Shown here: positions 13,401-22,159 of the stretch, one piece after another
Layout: every line of letters starts with the position of its first letter
Numbering within the stretch: position 1 is the first letter of the stretch
Assembly (NCBI GenBank): GCA_002633005.1
Contig: NMRA01000211.1
Span: 288,262 to 352,261, forward strand
Reading direction: 5' to 3'
Origin: Phoronis australis
Taxonomy: Eukaryota > Animalia > Phoronida
DNA: 64,000 bases
Translations under genes and position numbers: made by a program
Notes under the pieces: generated by a model
Told to the model about the DNA's origin: nothing
Database searches by the model: none
The model's input: only the letters and a program-made list of their open reading frames with translations

Positions 13401-16400
13401 CATCACTGCACCAACACATACGTCATTCAAAATTCTGTGTAGAAGTTAAGAGCTCACCTTACTGCTACAACCCCGTCATCGTTCAAAGGAATTCCTTCTG
13501 GTATTCTAAAAGTTAAGTTATATACAAACGCTGTCATTCAATTTTCAAGTTTTCCATGCAGTCAAACTAAAGATATATTCTTCAGTAACAAAATAAGACA
13601 ACAAAGCAAGAGTGAACCAAACTACTCACAAATATAGTGAGTTTGGTTTTCGGCAGTCACCAGGTGGCGTGACTGTCTTATCCACGAGTCGGCTCACCTA
13701 AAACTGCTAATCAACATATAGTAGAAATAGCAGTTTGTCTGCTCAAACTGCAGACTAGAGGTACAAATTACGATAAAGTGAAGCACAAGAGCTTATCAAA
13801 AGCATTGTGTGATAGGCCTAATTTTAGAAAGACAGGGTCACTCACATAATTCTGAATCGAATCATTCAAGTGAAGATTGTTTTATTGCGCCTAACTCAGC
13901 TTCCCAAATTGTTTACCTCTTCCTCACTGCAACTCCCTATGCAACAGTAAAACTCTTCAAGAGACATTGTCAGGGTAGGAAAGCCAACAATGAAAAGAAT
14001 TAGATGAATGGAGATAGACAAGCATTTAGTTTTACTACTTACTCGGTAGAAGAGTTTGTTGATGCTGTTTCAACGGCCAACACTTCAGAAGAATGCACAG
14101 AGCCGTCGTCTGACATCGTTACTGAGCGACCTGTAAGAAACCACACAGAATGGTACCATGATCACAAAAACAGCGAATGAAGTGTCCCTGGAAATTCTAG
14201 CATATCCGTCACAGTTAAAGCTTGTGATAAATGTTCACGCCCATTCTTTCATCTTATCAAATCTGTATGTACGACTGACATTGTTGTGTGGTAAATTCTC
14301 ACCAATTATGTGCACAATATGGCCGACAAGTGAAACTGTATTGTATCATTTTTTCCCACCAAACGTGAAATTGGCGAGACGTAATTGTACACGTAATCCA
14401 TCCATCTACACCGAAGAGACTACACATTCTTTGACAAGAAGGTTTGCAAGACCCATACATGACTGGGCTAAGACAAAAAAAAAATGCCAACTTCATGAAA
14501 GTAGAGTTTAGAGTGCAAATCCTAGCCATAAAATTCAATGAACTCAGCAGTCCAGGGTTTAAAGTGGAACTAATTCCTTATCTCTGTGATTGCTTGCTCA
14601 AATTAGTTAGAAACACTACATATAGTGTTAGTGTGAATATGAAATAGGTTGAAAATTGCCAAATGTTTTTAAGAACAAGTTTTGTGTTGAAAATGATCCA
14701 CTGTAAATTACTCAACTGTATTCAGTAAGTTTCGTAATGCGGTATTGGGAAATAATAATGCTTGATGCTGGCTATATGAGCCCCACCCAAGGTACGTTAT
14801 TAGTGCAAATGTCACCTATTTGCAGAAATTGTCAATGAATGCAATATACTTTGTTTAGCATAGATTTTGTTCAAATAGCATTGTCATTTAGTTCCTGCTG
14901 TTCATAAGCATAGTAAGGAGCATGCAAATACATATTTAATGTGACAAACAGTGCAAATTAAGTAAAGTAAACTTGGCTGTAATGAATATAGCAGAGCTTG
15001 GAATGACCAATGACAAAAAAGAGGAAAATTTTTCAGGTGATGTATCGTTCCACAAATAAGTAGGCTTGTGTGATAGAAATACTTTTTGTTTACTAAAATT
15101 AATTAATTTTTGCATGAATGAAGTCACAGTAATGACAAAAAAGAGGCATAAAAAGAGGAAACTAGAAATCAAAAGAGAGAAAATCGAAATCAAAAAAGTG
15201 GAAATCCTCTTAAAAGAGGAAAATTCCAAGCCTGATATAGACACAGAAACACTGAGAAGTCTCCAATGCAGCAATGTAGAACTCAGGTGCTAGAAATGCA
15301 AACCAGGTGTTTTGAAAGACCAGCCTCATGGACTTCCATATGGTTTTAACAATGGCTCTGTAACGGACTTTAGTATTTCAAAATAAAAAGCAATGACTCA
15401 CCAATGCCCAATGAAAAATGTCTAATTATAATTTGCAAGGAGAATCCATTTTTGTTTAGTACCAGGATGTTTTTCCCAACAGACTATTTAAATTATTTCC
15501 TAGAAGACACAAAGGCAAAGAAAACTCTGTACAGGCACGTATGACAATGTTGATGCATTACTGTGATCAACATGGCAGTGGAAGACAAATGTGTTGCATT
15601 GTGGGAAAATCTTCAGAGTTAGAGTGACATAATAATACCCAATTCTTAAGCATAGGTTATTGTTAAGACTGGTTCAGTCACTTTTACCTTTCTTCGGTGG
15701 TGCTTCAATAATCTGCGACTTGTCTGAAACCTGTAAAAATGTCATTGTACAAATGCTGTAGTAGTAAACGGTACTCATCTAATACTGACACAAAGATTCC
15801 AAATACGCACATGGAACACAGAGGGGTCGTCGTTAGTAGAAAATTTATTGCAGTATGCACGACACAACAATACTTAAGGTAGCTCTAGACGCCCCCTTGT
15901 GTCAGAAAATCAATTTTTGATTTGGACCACTAACCGTTGTGAAATTGGTTTCCAATTATGCTTTATTCAAAATAGATGTGAATACTGAGATGATGTTATT
16001 GCCCGGGACCAGCGTCTATAAGTAAACTTGACACGGCTTGTCATAAGCGGCATTGAACAATCTTTTTCACAGCTCATGCTATGTTTGTTCGCAACAAAAT
16101 TGTGCAAGTTTGTACAAAGTTTAGGGTCCCAAGCTAAAGTAGAAAAATTATAAGCCAAAGTTTAGGGCCTGTTTGTGGAGAATCGCCCAACTAAATGAGG
16201 AAACTGTTTCAAAAATACATGTTTTACAATAACCCATTTTTGTCTTTAATAACATAACTAGGAAACCTCCAAGAATTTTTAAAATACCTCCCAAAGGGTT
16301 CATAACATGAAGACAGTCTGCCGTTCTGTAGGAGAACACCATTCAACAGGACAGAATACCAACTATGCACGAGACCTACATACCTTTTTGTAATAACAAC

Positions 16401-16974
16401 TGTGTTCTCGGACAGCTTTCATTTCATTTCATTTTGCAGGCAGAAACAGGAAACCCAGCCAGTGAACAAGACCCTTAAGAGTGGGTGAAAATGTCTGATG
16501 CTCTTAGGTAAAATTCTTATAAGTAAACCAGTTGTCTTGTCATCATAAGAAAACAATGAAAACCTTTTTACATCACCAATGGCGTAACAGTACAATTTCA
16601 AAAAATATATTGTTGAAATTTTATCAGAAGAATGGAGAATGAGTAGACGGCAAGACATGGATTCAACAGTTTAGTGCCCGACTGCAACATTGGGGTACAT
16701 TGGTGGTGATAATGAGCATTGGCTTAGGGAATGATATTTGTCATGAGAATGACTGCAACATTGGGGTACATTGGTAGTGAAAATGAGCATTGGCTTAGGG
16801 AATGATATTTGTCATGAGAATGACGACAAACACGCTCTCTAATACAAATCAAGCTTTTACCTGTTTCAATCCAATGAGTCTGGAGTAAATGTTTTGGGTG
16901 GAATCTGGACCTTCTTCTTGGGAATCCGGGATAAAGATGCAGAGTGAGTATTCCGAGTCAACAAGATCGGACAT
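502..16974 (-). CDS. TP53BP1: TP53-binding protein 1 (53BP1) orthologue, N-terminal ~981 codons; the gene continues beyond the left edge (Tudor/BRCT exons not in window)
   Basis: Hand-assembled GT-AG exon chain with consistent phases and no stops: 16861-16974, 15688-15730, 14043-14130, 13458-13505, 12544-12686, (11643-11669 optional), 10794-10884, 10344-10438, 9689-9782, 8389-8491, 7084-7194, 6661-6721, 5324-5548, 4991-5108, 4116-4260, 3146-3466, 2466-2531, 1864-1989, 502-1427. Motifs match human 53BP1 as recalled, in the same order: CIFIPDSQ (CLIIEDSQ), SQEDMF (TQEDLF), IVPSSPT, MDTS, LRLTPTQTQG (LSLTETQSQG), oligomerisation domain, and SGDLGDVSS (SGDLGDISS). The sequence is SQ/TQ-rich and disordered. 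Confidence 0.9.
1864..1989 (-). CDS. TP53BP1: 53BP1 oligomerisation-domain exon (TVEDLSGKIIKRTRVVKRVLIERVTIEIIENGKVVESTTTER)
   Basis: tcctttcag acceptor, AGG|GTGAGT donor. The alternating hydrophobic/charged beta pattern aligns by eye with human RTIREVRTLVTRVITDVYYVDGTEVERKVTEE. Confidence 0.85.
3146..3466 (-). CDS. TP53BP1: 53BP1 internal exon (ATQDYSLTRYETPPPD..DPYEYRLSQS..RQMVK)
   Basis: ccctttcag acceptor, AAG|GTTAGC donor, 321 bp open, phase 0-0; overlaps ORF 3113-3388. Confidence 0.75.
5324..5548 (-). CDS. TP53BP1: 53BP1 internal exon (..WSLRLTPTQTQG..SQQASEPHFRLE)
   Basis: ctcttgcag acceptor, T|GTAAGC donor; overlaps ORF 5253-5573; TQ/SQ cluster. Confidence 0.8.
7761..7998. mobile_element. 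Palindromic Penelope-derived remnant in a 53BP1 intron
   Basis: Near-continuous inverted repeat 7789-7998 (TAATATTAAAGTTGAAACTGGTCTGTTGGATTACCTTTTT ... AAAAAGGTAATCCAGCAGACCAGTTTCAATTTTAATATTA). A one-sided tail reads ..CCTGGATGGCTCAAGGTCTA on the minus strand, similar to the PLE tail at 62490. Confidence 0.6.
8389..8491 (-). CDS. TP53BP1: 53BP1 internal exon (HSDDDDCIPPTQEGYTSAPHIVPSSPTLQSQDVQ)
   Basis: ccccgcag acceptor, CAG|GTAATT donor. IVPSSPT matches the human S380 region as recalled. Confidence 0.8.
10062..10116 (+). repeat. Imperfect (TG)n microsatellite
   Basis: GTGTGTGTG run with CC interruptions. Confidence 0.85.
10344..10438 (-). CDS. TP53BP1: 53BP1 internal exon (..KISESQEDMFHGDDQK)
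   Basis: tcatttcag acceptor, G|GTGAGA donor, phase 2 to 1. SQEDMF resembles human TQEDLF. Confidence 0.75.
16680..16824 (+). repeat. 71-bp tandem duplication (2 copies)
   Basis: GACTGCAACATTGGGGTACATTGGT..GTCATGAGAAT starts at 16680 and again at 16751, with two mismatches. Confidence 0.95.
16861..16974 (-). CDS. TP53BP1: 53BP1 first coding exon (MSDLVDSEYSLCIFIPDSQEEGPDSTQNIYSRLIGLKQ)
   Basis: Acceptor ccctgttttag, then A ATG; donor CAG|GTAAAA. CIFIPDSQ resembles the human S25 ATM-site region CLIIEDSQ. Confidence 0.8.
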
Positions 16975-17877
16975 TCTAAAACAGGGAAAGTGAAGGTGTT
17001 GATTTGATGAGGGCAATAAGACATACTGGATTACACAGCGACAGAGCTCTCCTTTGTCCCAAATGTAAGTCCAAGGGACGCAAATCTTACAAATTCAATC
17101 AGATATCTTCTTACTTTTTCCCAACTGTTACATGCTTCTCTCAATCTTGCGCTTGGTGCTACCTTTCTCACCAGTCGTCAATTGAAATACTTTGTGGTTA
17201 TTATGCGCAGTGAAATACAAATTGACCAAAATAGTGCGACGCGCGTTTGTTGATAACAGTTTTGAGTTTATGCTTGTTTACATTAATGTTTTCATTCAGC
17301 GTGATAGATAACTGGCATTTGCTTTGTGACATTGGACTAAACACTGAGCCTGGCAATTAACAAGACAGATTATCAGGCCTCTGAAAATCAGTATCGTGTA
17401 GAAAACGGATTGAACGGGGAGTTAGTAGTTAATGAAATATCAGAGATGAGATTAGTACGGAAACCGATAGGGACTATTGGAGCCCCGAGACAGTCAGCCG
17501 AGGTGCTACATGTTGCCTAGATCAAAATAAGCAGATAAACTCCCATGCCACCCTAGTTGGCCAGCAGCCAGCCAGCTAGCAATATGACGACTATCGTCAA
17601 AATGGAGCTAGGTACCGTACCAGTAAGGCAATTAAAATACATCACCGTGTATGCCACAGCCGTACACAAGCGATACAGCGAATAACATTGAATGAAAAAT
17701 GCATATATACACATTGAGTTATAATTAACAAATACCATGACTGTTGAGACAATTAAGACAACATACAAAGTCATATGATTAGCCAACTTTGCACCCAGTC
17801 CAAGGTTACTACTACTGAGGTGAATCTGTAGTGAGTGTAGTAATATAAAGGCCTCTCTTAATCACTCACATACGGGC

Positions 17878-18498
17878 AATTGCTCTTTGGTCAACTTGTT
17901 AAAACGCTTGGTATTGTAGCAAGGCTTACCAGGTTCGAAACTTGGACTACTCAATTTTTCACGGTATGTACTCACGATGGAAGAAAGGGACAACAGAGCT
18001 TTCTGAGCTTGATAGTGCCATAATGGCTGAGGAAGAGGCGGATGTAGAGGAGGGGCGATCTGATGTTGAGTTCCAGGTGGTTTTAACTGTTATCATTGGA
18101 TGGGGAAGAGTGTGGTGAATCTGCGGTGAAAGCGACACTAGAATCCTGCTGTATTACCCACAATGCCATAAACATCGGTCAGGCACATTTGCTGCCTCGT
18201 TTTCGCGCCACTGGAGTTTCACATGTTGTTTGTTGTTGTCTGACTCTTTACAAGTTTTTATGGGTTTGATTAACTGGACAAAACCTGTGGATGCGTGATC
18301 TGAAATTTTTTGCTTTCCCAACATCAATGAGACATGAAAATGTGCATGATTTCCAAAACTAGATCACACGCTTCCCTATCTCCAGGACAAAGGAGAGTTC
18401 AATCGCTGTGCAATTCGGGACGACCCTATTGTTCTTTGGTGAACTGGTTAGGATGCCTGGCGTTGAAGCAAGAGTTACTGGGTTTGAAACTTGGCCTA
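17878..18498 (+). repeat. Two diverged tRNA-derived (SINE-head-like) fragments at 17878-17948 and 18428-18498
   Basis: Both read TG(C/T)TCTTTGGT.AACT.GTTA...AGCAAG..TTAC..GGTT(C/T)GAAACTTGG.CTA with A-box-like and B-box-like motifs; neither forms a cloverleaf. Confidence 0.5.
17976..18120 (-). other. Candidate 5' leader exon of 53BP1 containing upstream ATGs
   Basis: Acceptor tcgctttcaccgcag, donor C|GTGAGT, 145 bp; ATGs at 18096 and 18021. Confidence 0.45.
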
Positions 18499-19025
18499 GA
18501 TGATATTTCTCTACACTACTACAACAGTACTAGCCTTGGTGCAAAGCTGGTTGGCTAGTAGCCCTGGTGCAAAGCTGTATATTCAGTATACAGCTTTGCG
18601 CTGATGTGGATAAAAAACTGACTAAATAAAATTTGACACAAAATTAAAGTTAGAATCGTTTAAAACTACACTCTTCCTTGGGTAAACTAAATTATTTACC
18701 AGTCTTAGAAAAATTGGCATTCTACCATTATTTTGCTGCTTAAGCTGTACAGCGATCTTTTGTGTCGACTTTCGAAGCCATGAAATATTGCGTCACCTAT
18801 TGGCCAATTTATTTTTAACCCAATTCTTCAATCAACTGTTCTTCTTCCACGAGGTTGCGTACATGTCATAACATATTTGAACTGGTTTCATTTCCTTACA
18901 AGTTTTTAGTATTTTAATACCAGCAAATTGAATTTCAGAACTTTGCTGCTGAGAAGCTGTCATCATCTCCCGAAAGATGTTGCAAAGAATTTAGGAAATG
19001 GCACGTGCACATGTCACGAGTGTAC

Positions 19026-19541
19026 TGTAGTAATAGCCAACATTACCCGACTCGGAAGTCGAACCAGCAACCCACATAAAACCAGCGAGCGTGCTAGCCA
19101 TTCAGCTAATAGCCAAATGCCTGTTAGCGAGTAGCCAACAGAGGCTCATATGATTCACCGGAAACACATCTACAACATTCCCCTTTCCTATGGAACAGGC
19201 ACGCCACCAGGAAGGTAAACACCAGGATGTCTCACATACAGGTCATCAACGTCCCCTGGTACCTTTACCACCTCAACACAGGTGAACACAAGGTGGTCTC
19301 TCATACAGGTCCTCGACTCCTGGAACTTTCCATGTGCGCCATCCCAAGGTCCGCGGGTACTAGTTGGCAGTGCTTCATCGGCAGATCATTGTGGTAATAG
19401 CCGAGATTACCTGACCCGGGAATCGAACCAGCGACCCCCATAAAACCGGCGACCATGCTAACCATTCAGCTAATAGGCAATTGCCCGTTAGCGAGTAACT
19501 AACAGTGGCTCACATGATTCACCGGAAGTACATCTACAACA
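19026..19541 (-). mobile_element. TRIM (non-autonomous miniature LTR retrotransposon) with a tRNA-like segment in its LTRs; Helenus-like
   Basis: Two 152-bp direct repeats (19026-19177, 19390-19541), each TG...CA, with about 22 mismatches by hand count. 4-bp TSD GTAC at 19022-19025 and 19542-19545. A minus-strand polypurine tract GGAAAGGGGAA abuts the left LTR. A-box TAGCTGAATGGTTAG and B-box GGTTCGATTCC lie inside the LTR. Confidence 0.85.
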
Positions 19542-20434
19542 GTACCGTTATCAAAACGACGACAGACTTTTCTTTGTTGCAAATGGCATAGAACTTGGCA
19601 AGAAAATGACGCTTATTAGATTGTTTTTCACTTAAATGGCTGTGAGTGTCAGTTAAGTTGACTAACAGATTTTGCATGCATCCCCGCTGGTAGTTAGCTC
19701 TGCAAGTTGATACAAGGGTTATTGGTTACAATCCGATACAAATTTCACGATGAGGGGTCGAATGGCGCTCAACACATCGTGGTACCTAGGCCTAGCCGTA
19801 TTTTGAGCTTCTTCGCCTTAGGTTTCATACAGCTAAGCAATTACATCGCCCTGGATGCCGCAGTTACGAATTTCAAAATACAAGAAATAAAATCAAATGA
19901 AACATGCATATATGCACATGGTGTTATAATTAACACATACCTTAAGTTTGGAGACGATCCAATCAAGATAATTTGAACAAATCGATGAAAATCTGTCGCG
20001 GATTGCTCGAGTTTCTCTTACCGGGTGCCATTTTGAGGAAGTTACGTGAAATCACGCTTGTTGACGAATAAAAAGTCCAAGAGACACAAATCTTACAAAA
20101 TTCACCTGATACCTTCGCTATTTTGCAAGTGTCACGTGCCAGCGTCACGCACTTCGCTCAGTCTCACGCTAGCCTTTGCCTAACTCCTGTAACTCAGTTG
20201 AAATACTATGTGGTTATCGCGCACGTTGTGAAAAAGTTAATGGTGACCAAAAAAGTGGAGTTGGAATTCTTCGCCAAAGTCACCTCAATTCTCGTAACTA
20301 AGCTTGATCAAAGATATATGTAGAAGTAGAAAGGACCACTGCAGAAAGTAAGCGCATTTTTAAGTGATAGTTTTAAGTGTGGAATGTATTTTTGATAAGG
20401 TGTGTAGTGAACCGGTTCAGCTATTACATGAGGT

Positions 20435-20676
20435 TTGATTGGATAGTCAGGTTCGCGGGCTTTTCTGCTACCATGGCTCTGATTGGAAAACGGATAGAAC
20501 CTGCTGGGAAGAATGATGAAACAATGACGTAACTACCTCGTGGTTCACTCGTTCTTCGTACTTGAGACTCTATAAATATAGATACAAGACGTGCATTCAA
20601 GTCATTCTAGACGATTCATCATATCTTTGTGTATTTGCTGTGTACGGGACCAGTGGTTTATCAAGTGAAGGTAAGC
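20435..20676 (+). promoter_or_regulatory. Candidate plus-strand promoter and short non-coding first exon
   Basis: Two ATTGG (reverse CCAAT) boxes near 20438 and 20482, TATAAATA at 20571, and a strong donor AAG|GTAAGC at 20670/20671. Confidence 0.4.
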
Positions 20677-21049
20677 TGTCTTCTAAGCATATAGTACATG
20701 TTAGAATAATGTGGTAAGGGTGGTACACAATAGGTGAAAACTCCTAATTGGTGACCGGATTTGGCCTACCCATGGGTGAGAAACAACATGACCGCCGGTC
20801 ATCCAAATCTGACCGACTCACCCAAAACACAACCTACCGGGATCGACTTCATGCAGCTAACTAGCCTGCTAGCTAGCTGTATGAAGACTATCGTCAAAAT
20901 ATAGATAGGTACCACTGTGTGTTTTTCTTCCATAGACCCCGAAAATGCACACAGCCAGGGTAGTTCTGCTCGTCACCTCGCTGTATCAACATGTAGAGCT
21001 AAAGACAGAACGGGGTGCATGCAAAATCTGGGAATCAAATGACACTCAC

Positions 21050-21180
21050 CTTGCCGGTTACAGCCGTTTAAGTGAAAAGCAATCTAATAAACATCATTTT
21101 CTTGCGTCATCTTCCGCAAAGAAAAGTTATGTTGTCGTTTTGAAAACAATACGCTCGTGACACGCGCATGCGCCACTTCC
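21050..21180 (-). promoter_or_regulatory. Candidate 53BP1 promoter and non-coding first exon
   Basis: NRF1-type palindrome GCGCATGCGC at 21164-21173, ETS-like GGAAG cores, and a consensus donor AAG|GTGAGT at 21050/21049 on the minus strand. Confidence 0.4.
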
Positions 21181-21197
21181 TAAATTCTTGCGACATC

Positions 21198-21325
21198 TGG
21201 CTGGCTACCTGGCTGGTTGGTTAGCTGGCTGGCTGGCTGGTTAGCTGGATGGCTAGGTGGCTGGCTGGCTGGCTGGCAGGCTGGCTGGCAGGCTGGCTGG
21301 ATGGCTGGCTGGCTACAAGGCTAGG
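21198..21325 (+). repeat. Imperfect (GGCT)n microsatellite
   Basis: About 30 imperfect TGGC/GGCT units lying between the two divergent genes. Confidence 0.9.
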
Positions 21326-21934
21326 TACTTACCAGTGTTTACCAGCTTACTGTTAGTATGTAACAAGTTTGGATAGTGATCCCCTTCTTCCAAACACAAA
21401 AACAATTTGTTCATCGGGCAGAATTTGCCAGTTTGCCAGTTACTAACCTCTGTCAACGATCAAACATGCCCAATATCGCCCATGTTTTCATCGGAACTCC
21501 CGCGTTTGTAGAAAATATCATCATTCTGAAATTACTTCGCGAATATGAGGACTCGTTTTATTTAAATTTCCTTTAAAACTTTTTTGATATTCAAAACAAT
21601 CTTTTAAGCTATTTTTGGCTAAATAGTGTGTATAAATAATGCTACTATCAGAATGATTTAATATTTCGTCTGTATTTAATTTCCCTTCAGAATTGATTTC
21701 ATTCAATTTTGTAAAATACACTCTGATTGGTTTTCTATTTGTGAGGTCATCAAATCAGGTGCGAGAACACAGGGGATGGTCGTCAACGACGCACTGTTTT
21801 GAAATCTCTCCAAGGCGCACTGCCCAAACAAACTGGTAACTATTTTTTACTCTAGTGTTTGATCTTGTTGAATCTATTGACACCTTTTTTATGTATCACG
21901 TCGTTAAAATGTCTTTCTAAGTAGCACTCACACC

Positions 21935-22159
21935 ATGAAAATCATGACTAATTACAGGGAAATCCGTCCCGACGTAAACTCGATCATGGAAGATGGGACG
22001 GTGTCGGACATGCGAACTCCACTCAAACCGGTCAAGGAGCACCAAATTCAAAAACCATTGAAACCAAAGCCACAAGCATTTGTTGTAGACTTTGGTGAAG
22101 ACTGTGACAGTTTTGGTAATCTTCAAGATTCCTTCCTGAAATACAAGAAAGGAAGACAG
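21935..22159 (+). CDS. Probable first coding exon of the NlpC/P60-like gene
   Basis: cacaccATG context, 75 open codons (..PQAFVVDFGE..LQDSFLKYKKGRQ), strong donor CAG|GTAAGT. Confidence 0.7.

Larger units (their letters stand above)
18975..21198. repeat. Diverged ~160-bp inverted duplication (18975-19025 plus 19546-19651 versus 21040-21198)
   Basis: AGATGTTGCAAAGAATTTAGGAAATGGCACGTGCACATGTCACGAG..CAAAACGAC..GCAAGAAAATGACGCTTATTAGATTGTTTTTCACTTAAATGGCTGTGAGTGTC matches the reverse complement of 21040-21198. The left copy is split by the TRIM. Confidence 0.8.

Noticed and set aside
19410-19480. tRNA gene
   Set aside because: A and B boxes are present, but there is no acceptor stem or anticodon arm; the segment is part of the TRIM LTR.
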